A stretch of DNA of 63,762 bases, filler included, from Bigelowiella natans CCMP2755 (GCA_000320545.1; 10 parts of 10 records of this genome joined end to end with filler, not necessarily neighbours in it); one strand, 5' to 3'. Shown: positions 14,453 through 29,052, counted from the whole stretch's first letter. A program made the numbers and translations. Notes: generated by a model from the letters alone, not told the origin.

Positions 14453-14766
14453 ACCTCCATGAATGAATGAGTGAATTAGAACAAAAATGATCGGCATTTT
14501 GTCCATTCAGTCCATTAGTTTGTGATGATCAGATCCATGTTGCATCGAACACATCACATCCATCAATTATTCGGTCAACCAGTCGCATGGAAAACATCGT
14601 AGATGGTTCGACAAATTTCGCCTTTCCTTCAAAATTCTAGATCGCATCGAAAATAGAGGGAAATTCGTGGAAATTTACCGAAATATTCAAGTCGTAGTGG
14701 AAATTCCCCTAGGCTCTTCATCAGCGCTTCGGCCAGATTCAGTGCTCCGTCAGGACATCAGTCGCA

Positions 14767-15220
14767 ATGGCGTCACGAAAGGCCCTCGTGCCGATGCTGG
14801 CCATGATGATGGCGGTCGGCGTTCAGGGCGAAGCTCGGGCGAGCTTGGAACCGAAAACGATAAATGTGGCTCTCGTAGCAGACTGGGAGAGGCCCGGTTT
14901 GCTTTCTGAGGCAAGGTACTGAGGAGCCATGCCGACGTGTTGTGCACGCTAATCATCAAATTGTATATCTTCAGTGAGGTGATCGGGACAATCTCTTCAC
15001 CGCTGTACTGGAATTTCATTGATGAGATTGCTCAGTCTAAGCTCCCGCGATCGACGGACCAGCAGCAATACCGCTTGATGTAGGGGACCTCCGTTCGCGC
15101 ACAATTCGAACGCACGACGCACCTCATCACACCACACGTCCACACACAGCTTTCCAGCTTATGTCCATGATGCACCTCACTACTACTCGCGCATTTGATG
15201 ATTTTCTGAGCACGGATATG

Positions 15221-15277
<57 letters not shown>

Positions 15278-15745
15278 GAACAATAGGACAGCAGCGTAAC
15301 ACCACAACACACGATGTAAACAGCACTAACACACCACCTGTCCGGCGTACTAAAAGGACTAAAGAATAAGAATTGTCGCACACCAGCTATTATACATTCG
15401 CCGATTATGCTGAAAGCAACCGTTTACATCGTAGAATGGAGGCGGTGGAGGCCATGAGCGTCACGGGGATCGGGAGCACCATAAAATCGGCGCTGAATTA
15501 CTCGATTTCCATTGACTTCTACGCTCCGAAAATCCAAATGACCCGGCAACTTGCGCTCTCGCACAGGCACGAACTATCACTGGTGCTGCCCGAAGAGGAG
15601 TCGGCACGCCTGATTGCATGCAAGGATCCGATTGCATTCTTCGTCAACGAGACGCGTTGGGCGTGTGGGGTGGCAGATCTCAAGGCCAAGCTGAGCGAAG
15701 GGAAGTCCTCCTCCTCCTCCTCCTCCTCCTCCTCCTCCTCCCCTG
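14767..15745 (+). CDS. UGGT: UDP-glucose:glycoprotein glucosyltransferase-like N-terminus (truncated at gap)
   Basis: Signal peptide MASRKALVPMLAMMMAVGVQG, then KTINVALVADWERPGLLSEA|SEVIG...LYWNFIDE and LNYSISIDFYAPKIQMTRQ, matching the UGGT N-terminal pattern. Confidence 0.6.
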
Positions 15746-15845
15746 NNNNNNNNNNNNNNNNNNNNNNNNNNNNNNNNNNNNNNNNNNNNTTAATTAATTA
15801 ANNNNNNNNNNNNNNNNNNNNNNNNNNNNNNNNNNNNNNNNNNNN

Positions 15846-16989
15846 TAAAGAAGGGGTAATAACTGGTGAGCTGGGCAGGGACAAGCATGTTTTCGGGAGT
15901 TAGGAAGGTGATACGCTGCAGTTTTCCTTGCATGTACAGACATTAATAAGTGGAATGAGGCGAGCTAGCGAGTCAAATTGTTGACCATAATACTCATCTC
16001 CCACTGTAAGCCAAACACAGAAAAATCTGTGGATAATCTCTCTTTGTGGAATGAGCAAATAAGACGCTTTCAAACCTCTTCATTATAAGTTTTAAACAAA
16101 GAGCTGTTTTCTTGTATGAGTGGAGATCATGGACACCCCCTTCCTTCTGTGCTGCATGTGTACGCTCCTCGAAGCGGAGGGCACCGGTTTTATGAGAGAA
16201 AGCAAGCTTTGGGAGTGACTGTTGGCCAAGATCTTGAAGACCATGTCGCACACCGAGAACTAAGTAGGGTAGATAGTGCTGGATTGGCGGATGAGGAGGA
16301 GAGGTCCCTTACACCCAGCTCCCCGCGCCCATAACTCCAACACTACTGAAGACATCCCCCCCCTCCCCCCCCCCCCCTCCTCCTTGGATTATGTCAGTGT
16401 TAAGATTTTAGTATGCGCTGGAAGGAACGAAAACGGGGTCAGCGGCGTGGCAATTTCCTACCGAAGTATCCTCGATGTGAGATCGTGGTCTTTCGCCACA
16501 TGGTCAAACCAAACGAAGGGGTCGTCAAACGGACGGAATCTGGGAAAGACAATGCTGGCATTAGATCGGCGACAAATGATGGCGACTACGAATAGGGAGG
16601 AGGGGGATACGAGCAGTAGCAAAAACTAAATGAAGGAAGGAAGAGGGGCTGTAGTGACCTGAGAAATTGAAACAAAGCGAGGAGCTCTACGAGACGATTT
16701 TGCAGGGGAGTGCCTGCGCACGCGACACGATGATTCATCATAATAAGAAGAAGAATGAGGACTATGACTCTGGCAACCATTTGGCTTTCGCTCCATAATA
16801 AATTGGAAGGGGAAGAAGGTATTAAGATGCACGGAGGAGGAGGAGGAGGAGCAGTAGTAGTAGTTGTAGTTGTAGTTTTAACCTGTTACTGCCCATCGAT
16901 ACCGAGAACGAAGTCTGTTTTCACATGGGGGGGGGAGAAGGAGAGGAAGATACGCATACGTGTAAATCAAAAATATAATATATATGTAT

Positions 16990-17055
<66 letters not shown>

Positions 17056-17611
17056 CGTCTGTGCTTGTCCGTCTATGCGTGTGTGCTGTGTGTGCGGAGA
17101 ATTTGCCGTTAGTTTGTATTCGTTTTGGTTCCCCCCCTCCCTCCCTCCATTCTCGCCGCATGCCTTGCCACGGTGCTGGTGCGCTCAGCCTCGAGGTTCT
17201 TCACCAAATGCGCCTCGTCAAGAACAACGCGCTCCCACTCAAACCGATGCAGTCGCTCACTGGAAAATACACGCGCGCACACACGCTTTTCAGTGGGTAT
17301 CCCCTCAAAAATCAATCGCTAGTATTTTCTCTCGCCGTATGCTGATTTTGTGTTGTTGTTGTCCGCTGGCAGTGCGTATTGCTTTTGTCCGGAGACAGCC
17401 GAAGAAGCGTGTGGCAAGTAATTGTTGTATTATTACGCTGAGTCTCGGTTTAACGTCTCGTAGCTGGTGATCACGACATCCGCATTGCCGATCGAATTCA
17501 GATCTTCGCATTTCTGAGCGCCGTAGTACATCAGCACCTTTAATACCCCTGCTTTGCAACGCTAAAATACACACACACACACACACACAATATATATATA
17601 TATATATATAT

Positions 17612-17642
<31 letters not shown>

Positions 17643-19114
17643 CGTGATTACACGATAGTGGCGATCGATCAAGTGATATCATTAGCAGAAAGTGTCGTTA
17701 AATTGGTGATTATTCGAGTATTCGTCCAAACCGTACACACACGCCCACGGAAGGTGAGAAAGAGAGAGGGGGTTGGGGTGGGGGGGGGCGGGAGGCAAAG
17801 AGAGGCTAGGAAGGGAATGAAAGACGCACGGATGAGATCACCTCCTCTAACTCTTTTCTCCATTGCAATAAAACAGATGCCGGAGCAACGATAAGGGTGT
17901 GCCCCCCTCGGCTGAGACCATCGTGGTCATCATCAGCAGCAGCGGCACCCGCAATTTTATCAGGGTGTCTCTGGAAAGAAGAAGATGATGATGATGCTGA
18001 AGGGGGCACACAATGAGCGAGCGCCATCCGCGAGTCGTCATCATCGAGCCTTGGCGTTTCCTTGGAGCCCCTTCAAAAATTAGCTTGGGTTACACTCTCG
18101 CTTCTGACCAGCTTGAGTCCCCCGCCCCCCCCCCTACTAATGCACTTGCTGTGTACGATTACATATGCATTACAAAAAAGTAATAGCGTAGAGCTCAATT
18201 GAGATATGCGCCTTAAATACGACGATTCTCACCCCTGTCGTAGTAGCTGGTGCTGCTGCTTCTGGTACAAAATGAGGCCGATCATCGTAAGAGTCTTGCC
18301 CAAGCCCATGTCGTCGGCAAGCACCCCGCCCTTACATCATAGCAGCGCCAGATTATCAGGCTACAGTCCATGTGCGAAATGCATACACGGATCCTCCGAT
18401 TTACATTGCAATGAAACAGCTATCCTCGTGTGCGATGCTAGTGCGCTGAAAGCTGCCATTGATTCTCATTAATCGCAGGGAGGGGGGGGGGGGGGGGCGA
18501 GTGAATGAAGATATGCGTTGGTCTGTTTGCTCCGATATTGGGATTGGGGGATGTGGTAGATCTTACAAAAGGAAATCTCCTCTCCCGCCAGGCAGCCCAC
18601 CGAATAGCATGGAGCTGGTGCTTCATCAGTCTCACGCAGAGAACGTCGTTCAAATCGGGAAAACCTGGGGGATAATCATGCTGTTGGGGGTAGTGGCATC
18701 CACTATTTGGCCGCGTATCTAGGTGCTCAGCTTATCTTGCGTGCATAGTGCTTGAGGAATGCACTGCCTCCATTATTCAATTCAATTCGACTGTGCCTTC
18801 TCTGTGCTTATCTTGGCATACCGTGAGCAGCAGCCGCATCGGCTGACGGGTCAAAGCGAAGGTCGTCTGTGTCCCACTTCGGTGCGTGAGCGCACTGCTC
18901 CTCCAGCTCTTTCAGGGCGTCTGCAACCTGGGATAGGCGGACGTAGAAACCGGTAGGACGAACCAACGTGGGGAGATTGGAAGGAGGGGGGGACAAGAGT
19001 GGAAAGAAGGAAAGGTGTCGAGTTACCAAGGGGAAGGGGGGGGGGGGATGAGAATCTATGAACAAAGCCACATTTTTAACTCACACGCTAGTTGGATGAT
19101 CGTAAAATACTCTG

Positions 19115-19149
<35 letters not shown>

Positions 19150-20288
19150 GACGACGAGAGTTTTGTGTTACTACTACCCTCTCTTTTCTACTTCGAGGGT
19201 CAAAGCGTCCATCAAATGCTGGTAATAATGAGGGTTTCACGTCAGAGCATAAACATTTTTAAAAACATACGTAGCTCCTTGAATATGGTCTGTCGACAAA
19301 CACACAATATCATTCTCCCCCACCTTGTCGCGTCTTCGTGTCCCTTACTTCGGATGAAAGGATTTTTCTTTGGCGCTTTTCCAGCTGATTTATCCTGCTG
19401 CTCCCGTAATCTTCAGAGTCCTCATTATCATTGCAGATCCTGCTTCCGAGAGTATTATTGTTGGCGGTGATGATCGTCACCTTTCCATGGTGATGGATCT
19501 CTCTATTGCTTTCCCCGAGGTCATCTAAATCACGTATATCTTCTTCGCTTTGACTTTGATTGCAAAAAGCAATTGTAGTCTTTTCGTCGTCTCTTCCGAT
19601 TTCCCATTCTTCCTCCACAGCCATGTCACTCTGCATGCCGCATGCTTGCTGGACCTTTCCCTTCGATAACTTTGCCAAGAAATCGAGAACAGGAATGCCC
19701 CCTTCTACCAGCACTGAGGTTAAAAAGAGCATTATCTTCACTTTATGGTGGTTGCAAAATGGGATGGGGCTCGCACACCGACTATCTGCTTATCACCCTT
19801 TCTCCGTGCACACCAAACGTTTGAAAATAGGATCGAGAAATGTTAAAGCTTACGTGAATTTCCCGTAGAGTGCGGGGACTCTTTGGAAGTATCCTTCGGG
19901 CCGTGCATAGCTGAGAGGAGGACTTGCACCATTACCGAGAGCAGGATGGGGAGATTCCGTGGCATAAATGCGAAGAAGAATCAGGCTTGGATAAGGATGG
20001 AAGGAGTAACGGTGATTTCCGCCAAGTCCTTCTCATCGAATATTGTCTCCCAGTCTTCCCTTGGTGCGATGTGGGCAATGGGAGGGGGCAACCGTGCGCT
20101 GGACTTTGTTCCGTTTGTTGTTGTTTTAACTCGAAATTATATACAGCCGAAAACATCGTAAATTTTGTATATTTTCTATGTCCTATTTTAGACAACACTA
20201 CACCAGATGTTTCTAGGGTAAAATAGCTGTTGTTTTTGAGGATTTCTTCTTCGTGTAAAGATATGAAAAAGGTGTTGTCGTAGTCCAT
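15846..20288 (-). CDS. SNF2-family ATPase (RAD5/RAD16/TTF2-like), spliced; 3' truncated at gap, 5' end uncertain
   Basis: [60 protein letters not shown] and [18 protein letters not shown]. Confidence 0.85.
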
Positions 20289-21490
20289 TTTCCCTGTGTT
20301 TTTCACTTTTTCCCCGAATTTGTGCAAGCCTCGGCCGATAAGTACCGAACTGTAAGATTTCCGCAGGATCTCGCGATTTTTTTTCTAAATTTATCGGCTA
20401 TCTCTTCAGCATAGGAAAACACATTATCAAAGCATAGTTACGATCCAAAAGGCATTGATAGCGGTAAATCGATGCTAAATATTCATTTTCGGTCGATAAT
20501 TAGGAGTATTGTATATTAAAAAAGGGAAATGTCAATCTCATAACTTTCACGTGTCGATATATCGCTTGCTCTGCTGGAGTCTCTCAGAACGAGCTAACAG
20601 ATATTCTTTCCGCCTCTAACGGATTTTAAAGACAATTACTATTTTTTATGTGTACTTGTATTCAAACGACATAGAATACGAAAAAATCCGTCAGTGTGAC
20701 AAATACCCAAAAATGCCGTAGGTGTACATGATTATAGTGTAGTTTTCCATGACGTTTCTCTAAATTGTACTTCATTTGATGTAGTAACAGCGCCAGTCAA
20801 CTTCAAGAAATATGTTTCCTCTGCAATCCTGATTGCATCTGAAAACCGTAGGAGGGAATAAACCAGCGCTGGCCCCTGTTCTTGTAATCAATCCGCACAC
20901 CTCGCATCTTTTAGACAAAGGATAGAGGGAACGAGCGGACAAGTTCTCCAACCCCTGGACTATTTTACTATCCTCACAACGGCGGAAGAACGTAATAGGA
21001 TTTAGATTCTAGGGGGTTTGGTACAAACTCTGCGGACTCAATTGAAACACAACATTTCATTCTATGCTCTCCGCTTTTCTTGCTCTTATGGGTGTAAAAT
21101 CGTGACCTCAGGACACCTAAACGTGCGCGGCGGTCGTTGACAAAATGACAGGTGGTTAATCATGCTCGTAAACCCGTTTTCGCGCGTTGTTACTACATAT
21201 TGGATACTAAGATTCGTTAATGATAGAAAAGCTAGATTCATATAGAAATTATCACACAATCTGGTACTTGATATTAGAATGATATTTTCGTATTTATGTC
21301 ATAAAATCCTGAAATGGTGGGTGGCAAATTTCGATATAGTGCCCAGTGATAAGAACGGATGCCATTGCCAGTGTTTATCACCTATGTTCGGTGATCTCCC
21401 TAGCCTTTTGAGGAACGCATCCGTTACAATTTTATTTCATCGTTTCCTTTCTCATTTCCTTTGCCACATCTCCCTGCTCCCAACTCCAAC

Positions 21491-21924
21491 AGAAGTCAAG
21501 TTTGATCCGCTGCAAATACTGAAGGAAGACCTCCAGGACGAGGACCATTCAGTTCAAATAGAAGGGGCGAAGAAAATACCAGTAGTAGGTGCGAAGCGGA
21601 ATTATGGCGTGCGCCAGTTTTTTTGTTAATTTTCTAGTTGAAATTGTAAGTCCAAAGCGTGCTGTTGAGGATAGATGAGGATTGTAGTTGAAAATTTCAA
21701 CCGTTTCCACTCTGATTTGATCTTGGACGCATGGCTCATCATCAACCTGCTGTAATCCGCCTTTTTCAGCAACCGCAATTGGGCCTAAGAGGGCTCGCAA
21801 AGATTTAATTGATTTTCTTAGTGGTACATTTTATTCCTATGGCTATGCGCCATTACTATTCTGCCCTACTTTTCACATCCTAATATGAATTGGTATGGCT
21901 GTACTCGTGATTGTTCCTACTGCT

Positions 21925-21968
<44 letters not shown>

Positions 21969-22870
21969 GCAGAGTATCTGAACGAAAGCAGTGACGAAAC
22001 AATGGTGGCAATAGGGAAGGCCATGGCAGATGTCGCCAAGGTTTGCTGTCATATACTTAGCAGTAGAGGAGGACGGGGGAGGGTTTGCCGGAAACCATGG
22101 TGGTGGCGAATGATACCGAACCATTGTCCAACCAATCACGGACATCTGCCTAATGTTTTTCGTTATTGGCCGAGGATGGCATTCATTAGTTTTCGCATTT
22201 TCCCAAACCAAACACTGCTGCCCCTTCCTCTCCCAATCTGCACTCACAAACTGCCTTCTCGTTTCTTCCCCCGGTTTTGACGGTCACGCAGGTGGTAGGA
22301 GGGGCCGAATTTCTAGGCTGCTTAGTGCCTTTGTTGGAAAAGCTTGCCTTCGAGGAGGAGACCGTCGTTTGCGATGCTGTAATACACATTGCCCCTTTCT
22401 CGATCGAAACTCTCGCAGCGTATGAATGTAGTTTTGTTTCAACGGGCGCGTGGGGGTTGAAAGCGGAAAGCCGATAGCCGATGACGAGGTTTTGCAATGC
22501 GGTGTTGTTGTTGTTGTTGTTGTTGTTGCGGCGGCTCAGGCCTCAACGTCACTTGGGAGCATCATCCAAGACATGGGGAAGAACGAAGTCGAAAAGCAGA
22601 TCATGCCGATCCTTGAAAGTACGTCAAATCAATGCTGAAACCAACATCCCCGCGTTTGAACGACTCCCTGATCCTACCCAACCTCCCCCTCCCTCTGCAT
22701 AGGAATGGCAAACGCTGAGTGGTTTCAGCCCCGAGTAGGGGTGAGCAAGCTCCTCCCCATGGCTTATCCCAAGGCCTCAGAAGGGTCGCAGAAAACAATT
22801 ATCGAGTGGTTTGGCCATTTATGTAAAGACGAAAATCCTATGGCCAAGAAGGCTGCGCTCATCAACATGG
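21491..22870 (+). CDS. PP2A scaffold (A/PR65, HEAT-repeat) subunit-like; truncated near gap
   Basis: DPLQILKEDLQDED, ATAIGPKRARKDLIDFL, VGGAEF..CLVPLLEKLAFEEETVV, WFQPRV and LCKDENPMAKKAA follow PP2A-A HEAT repeats 1-5. Confidence 0.85.
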
Positions 22871-23301
22871 GTAGTTATATATCTCAAAAATGCAATGGAC
22901 AACTAACGGGGGGGGGGGGGGGGGGGGGGGGGGGGAAATCCGAAAAAAAATAAATTTTTTACCCAAACCCACATTTTGTTTAAAAAAGGTGCGGAGTAAA
23001 TCCTACACCTATTTACCCTTTTCCCATTTTTGGAACACTGGTCACGGCCCCCCCCCCCCCCGCGGGGGGTGTGGTGTCTAGTATGTGTGAGCGATATAAC
23101 CTGTTTTGTGTTGCCGCGGGGGTCTCTCGATGTGAGGGTTTTTTTGTTTCTGCGAATGGCCGCAAGAGTCACTAATATTGTGTTGCGAGAAACNNNNNNN
23201 NNNNNNNNNNNNNNNNNNNNNNNNNNNNNNNNNNNNNTTAATTAATTAANNNNNNNNNNNNNNNNNNNNNNNNNNNNNNNNNNNNNNNNNNNNTGAGTGT
23301 G

Positions 23302-23350
<49 letters not shown>

Positions 23351-23559
23351 GAGACTCAAAATCTTTTCTATTACCATTATCATCATTATTGCTATATCTC
23401 TTCGCCGCCCTTATTGGCAGTCATGTCCTTTCAATCAGCCTCAAATTGTCACATTTTTAACTTCAAGATTTGCTACGATTTGGTGTTGATTTGTTGGCTG
23501 ACCCTCCCCTCCCCCCCCCTTTTCTATTCAAACCCCAACAATCCATATCCCTCATCAGA

Positions 23560-23726
23560 CCGGAGACCATCTACTGCAATTCCGTGCTATCGATCTTCAT
23601 GTGTGACAGCAAACACAGTTGGAAAAACCATGACAATGATCTCTCCCTTTCTATATCCTTCATCAGGGAAGGAGGGCACACCCCCACACACGCACACGAT
23701 GCACACACACACACAATGTATAAACG

Positions 23727-23765
<39 letters not shown>

Positions 23766-24031
23766 GTTTATAATTTGTCTTCTCCCCACTTGTTTTGGCC
23801 TTTTGTTGTTCGTTGCCCCCCATCCAGGCACGGACGCACGGCAATCGACGCCTTAGTCTCCGCAGAAGCAAAGAGGCTCAAACTGGGGAGCGGTGAGCTC
23901 TCAGCGGCCCTGGTAGCAACGATATGTTCAGATTTTGAGGAACTATGCGACAACGCATAGGAGTCGTAGATTGCGGATTTCTCGCGTCTTTCGCGCAGCA
24001 CTCCGCGAAGAGATATAATCCGTACATTTAT

Positions 24032-24068
<37 letters not shown>

Positions 24069-24227
24069 TGTGGGTGGGTGGGTGAATGTCTACAATTTGA
24101 CCAGGCAAACTTAACGACGCCGCTTCGATTCGTGATGCCAGCCGTATACTCTGTGCGGATCACGACGACGCTCAATACATCATATATACTACCACTCAAT
24201 ACTAATCGCACATAATAATAATTATAC

Positions 24228-24269
<42 letters not shown>

Positions 24270-25120
24270 TTCATGAACATAAATCTGGTGGTTGTGGTGG
24301 TGGTTGTTGTCAGGAGCTCTTTGCCTATTTCCAATCGTCGGTGCCCCAGGTCGGTTGCTAGTCGCCAGCCTATTGAAGAGAAAGAGAAGAGCAAGACAGA
24401 CACACAAACATACATCTGCGGAGGATCATTCAAGATCACACCCCATGAAATCGCTAGACAACTCTTCCCTCCGATCGCCTCCCCCAATCTCTATCTATTT
24501 TGTGTTTTGAGTGCACACCTGCACGTGGCTGTGTGAATTCGGTGACTGTTACTTAGGTAAATTTTCTCACAACGGCAGCCGTTCAGCTGTTTCTTTCCGG
24601 GTGAGTCTATGGGGTGATGATGCATGGAGAAAGCTCCGAAGCAATCATCAGCAGCGACATGCTGCTGCTCCGCAGTGCTAGCATCATATGTAGTTCATGT
24701 GCCGTTGGCGTGTGCATTGTCTGTGCGTTTACGGTGGAGACGTGTCACCCTGTAGCATCCTTCCTGGCTGATTTATATACGCGACACATCGTAAGGTTTC
24801 TACTGCCCTACTCCTGGGGGCGTTTGGGTGTGCTGGCAAAGGAGGTTGCAAGATGATTTTGCATTTCCTCCTCCTTCTCCTCCTCCTCCTAATCCTCCTC
24901 CTTCATTGATCAATTTTCCACACGGATTTAGATGTTCACTAGCTACAAAACGCTGCCTGATATGAATGAATGGATGCACACGTATGTGAGCTGTGGTGTG
25001 TGCCTGCCTTTTCGTTTATCAAGGTCGAAGCTGACTATGGCAAATTGGAAGAAAAGGCGAACTAGCCGTGACGCCATGCGTCTTCCTGAAAATGGACACC
25101 TGGCTTTTTATTCGAATTAG
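23560..25120 (+). CDS. 3' exons of an unidentified multi-exon gene
   Basis: Short AG/GT-bounded exons (e.g. ANLTTPLRFVMPA, ELFAYFQSSVPQ, MFTSYKTLPDMNEWMH) ending ...GHLAFYSN*. No family recognised. Confidence 0.35.
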
Positions 25121-26025
25121 TAGAATTCAGTCGCCTACGCTCCGTCGGTGGTTACTTCTAGTGCAGCATGAACATCACGACGCGCGCACGACGTGCACCT
25201 TTGTTGTTTGCCATGCATTGTCAAATTCTAGATTAACAAGCGGTTCTAAGTTCTAATCAATGAGATGCCACATAAAGCTTTGACCATGCATGAAGTCATC
25301 TATGCATGCTGAACATGCTGCTAATCCTTCTGCCAGCCATGTGCCATGCCAATTGTGCGGCTTTTTGCGAAATGCGCTGTAGTTTGTAGTACGTTCTGTC
25401 ATTGGCAAGCTATGTATTTGACTGATTGTGTGCAAGGTATGATGACGACGTTGTATGTGATGTTACTGGCAATGGGCAATGGGTACTATAGGTATATTCC
25501 ATACCTGGTCTACGATTTGTACACATTGCGATCGATCTAATTGCACACATCCTTTAATTGTGGCAGATATATGAATAGATCCTGGTCATCAATGCTTGCT
25601 GTCTATGGCTTATGGGTGACGATATAGCATGTACATGCACGATGTAATGCGTGCTGTGAGTGCAATGAATGGCATGGATTTCATCATTATGGCTGGCTAT
25701 GGCTATTGAAAGTTTGAATAATAAGGACCGCCATGGAGGTCCGAGCTTAGATTTGCTCTCGCAATAACAATACCACACAATGCCTCAATAGGATATAGTT
25801 TCTATGAAACCTAAGTCCCCAGTGGATATTGTAAGGCGTACGATGAGGAGGGTATGACAAATTCGTGCCAGTGTAACCAGAGAGGAACTATCAGGTAGCA
25901 GGCCGCAGCCAGGTCTCAGGTTGAGCTTCGCTCTAATGTGCCCTGGTGGTGATAAAATACCGTCTTTGTGGTGGAGGGTGGTGATAGATGAGCTTGGCCT
26001 CTTACAGGAACAATACTGTCATCGT

Positions 26026-27315
26026 TTATGAACTCACGAGTGTGGTGCGAGTTCCATCTTCCCCCTCCTCCCCCACCTCCACACCAGCAGGGGCGGCCGA
26101 GGAGGAGGCTTTTTCGTCTTCCTCAAGCTCCTCCAGCTCGATGTCGACTTCAGACATTATTAACTCGTGGTCCGAAGAGGGGTCCGGCTGCCGGCCTTTG
26201 AGGTACTTGCTGTACGCGATCAGGGAAATCCCCACCACGATGCCACCTGCCCCAAGGAGCGTGATCCAATTGACATCCTCGCCGAAAATGAAATATTCCC
26301 ACACGTACGCGTATATCACGTCGCTGGAGCGTATCAGTGCTGCGGGGCCCGCGGGTGCTAAGCGCCCGGCGTAATTCAACAGCATATGGCCACAAAGGCC
26401 AAGAAGCAGCAGAGGAACGATGCTTTGCCACGCCTCGCTCGTTGGCCAGGTAAAAACGGAGATGGTGTTTCCTAAGATCAATGAGAACAGCGCGGAGCCG
26501 CACACCCACGACCAAACCAGCTGCACGGTGTGCGCCTCCTTCGCTCTGCGCATGATCACAAACACAATGCCACCACCAATAGTGCCTCCAAACGCGGTTA
26601 TATACCCCAACCATGTCTGGCCACCTAATCCTCCGCTGCTCGCCCCAGCTTCCTCCGCCCTGCCGTGATGGCTGAAAATGAAGGAGGGCTGGGCGATAAG
26701 AAAGGCCCCCAGGGCGCATAGAGTTGTGGCAGCGACTTTAAGAGGGGTCAGCGACTCATTGAGAAGGAAGCGAGCAATCACAACCGTGGCCACGGGGTAA
26801 AGCGAACATAGAGCGATGCTGTCGCCGATGGGCAGCAGTTGTATCGTGACGAAGTAGCATATGAACGAAGTTCCGCCGAAAATTCCTCGAGCCACAATCC
26901 ACCAACGCAGCTCGGGAGGACCAAGCCAGTTTATTCCTTGATACATGATCATCGACCCCACGATCACCCCCTGAAAGCCTGCACGGAAAAATACCAGCTG
27001 GAACGCTGACATCCCTGCCTGTGTCGCCTTCTTCACAAAAATGCCCATGATCGAGAAGAACACAGCAGAGAAGAACATCAGGATAAGGGCAAGGTTCTGC
27101 TCAGAGATGCTGTGAATTAACGCCATCAATCCTGATCTGGGAGCTGGGAATTCCACATCTCCTTCCCCCTCCTCCTCCTCCTCTCTGCCCTCCCCCAGCA
27201 CATCGCCTGCGTGGTCAAACTTTATGTGGGAATCAATGAGTTCGATGTTCGAATCCTGTTGAGGTATTGCGGGGTCAGCGGTATTGTCGTCATCGTCCGC
27301 GTATCCATCAGACAT
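26026..27315 (-). CDS. DMT/EamA-family membrane transporter (SLC35G-like), intronless
   Basis: About 10 hydrophobic helices in two EamA repeats: FSIMGIFVK, QLVFFRA, ARGIFG, LPIGDS, FLLNESL, AGPAALIRSSDVIYAYVWEYFIFGE. Confidence 0.9.
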   Translation of the reverse strand: MSDGYADDDDNTADPAIPQQDSNIELIDSHIKFDHAGDVLGEGREEEEEGEGDVEFPAPRSGLMALIHSISEQNLALILMFFSAVFFSIMGIFVKKATQAGMSAFQLVFFRAGFQGVIVGSMIMYQGINWLGPPELRWWIVARGIFGGTSFICYFVTIQLLPIGDSIALCSLYPVATVVIARFLLNESLTPLKVAATTLCALGAFLIAQPSFIFSHHGRAEEAGASSGGLGGQTWLGYITAFGGTIGGGIVFVIMRRAKEAHTVQLVWSWVCGSALFSLILGNTISVFTWPTSEAWQSIVPLLLLGLCGHMLLNYAGRLAPAGPAALIRSSDVIYAYVWEYFIFGEDVNWITLLGAGGIVVGISLIAYSKYLKGRQPDPSSDHELIMSEVDIELEELEEDEKASSSAAPAGVEVGEEGEDGTRTTLVSS

Positions 27316-28171
27316 CAAGCTCCTGCCAGGTCTTGAGGGGAGAGGGGTTCCGATGCTTCGGCTCTGGATTGGACCTAATCTGCCGATAGGGCCATTTTTA
27401 CTTGCGACAATATCTTATCTGCATCAAAAGTATTGTCGTCCAGTAAAATTACATCCGATTCCTAGCCTTTCTGTTGTTTTGCTTAGAAAGCTTCAAAATT
27501 AGATGTCTCTCCAATGAAATGCCATTGCTTTCTCATGTTTCTCTCCTAGGAGAAAAAATATCGTTTCGCGCCAAATCCGGGGGGCCGGGGGGGGGCAATG
27601 CAGGGTTATAGGGCGCGGAGGCTGCCGGGTTCTGTCTCCGAACCAGGTTCATGTTCTATCCCGAGGCTTTCCATGCTTCTCCTCGTCGCATTGTCCGCCC
27701 TCACAACGAAAAAAGCGGCGAGCCATGGGTACGGTTCCATGCCTCCACTGCTCCGGTGAGTTCGCAACAATTTCACCAATGTGTCGTAAGGGCTTTTTGT
27801 TTCGGTGGAAAACCTCGTTTCCCCCTGCGTATCTTCGATGTACAAATCGATGCTGGTACGTGGAACTGACGCAGTTTCACCCAAAGAAATCCCGTCACCG
27901 GTTGAAATATCCCCCACCCCCCTCCTTCGGCGATTGTGGTCTCATACTCCACATCACTCCTGATTACCCCCCCTGAATGAGACATGCGAGAGGCGATCGC
28001 TTTCTTCTTTTCACGCGAGCATTGCTATTGTAATGGTGTAACGAATAGAAGACCCCAGCAAGAAAGATTTGCTAGATCGTCGCCGTCGCTCCACACGAAG
28101 GCACAGAACGACAGATATAGGCCGCAGACTTCGGTATCGAGACACACTGCTATAAATAATCCGAACCCAAT

Positions 28172-28461
28172 CATGCAGGAGCTAGCTGGCCGAGCGATAG
28201 ATCTACGCGCGTCCCGAGCTCCCCTCTTCGGCACTGACGAACATGATCTGTTTCTCTAAATTGAAAAGGCAATGCAGCAGCAACAACCACCATCGTCCTG
28301 TGGGGAGAGGGCTAGTGACGACGGCTCGGACACCGCGGTGCCAAATTTGCCGTGGAAGTACAGAGGAGATGATCCAAATCGTAATCACCTCGGCCTTTAC
28401 ACGGAGCAAGATGTGCCGCTCATCCCTTACTCAGCGTAATAAAAATGAAATTCACGCCAAC

Positions 28462-28495
<34 letters not shown>

Positions 28496-29018
28496 CGATG
28501 AGTAGGATGATGATAACGGTCATAAAGATGTTATGTTGATATTGATGACAACGACGATAGCTGTCGAAAAATGAGGGGAAGAAAATGACTAGTCACGTCA
28601 ACGGGGAGGAATTGTGTTGTAGCTTCGTATTTAAGAGCCGTCACTCATCCCGTCGGCTGCTGCTGTGTTTGATGTAGAAAATGGCAAAATAATGAGAAGA
28701 TAATGCGGCGAATAGCAGCTCATATGCCCCGGTAAGTATGGTTAAGTCCATAATGTGATCTATATCCTCCATTATATTGCTTTCACTTAAAATCGGAACT
28801 ACTAACACAGCGAGGGGACGGCGGAGTACTACAAGGAATTCGAGAAGCTTTTCGGGTAAATGCATGCATTTTGGCAAGCAGTACCCGAAATTCGTCGTTG
28901 TTACTGTTGCCCTTCAGCAGTTTTGCTTGGAAAATAGAGAGCCGAGCCACGCGCACAAGTTGTTTACATAATATAAATGAATATGGCACACACCATACTA
29001 CCACCACCACTACTATTT

Positions 29019-29052
<34 letters not shown>

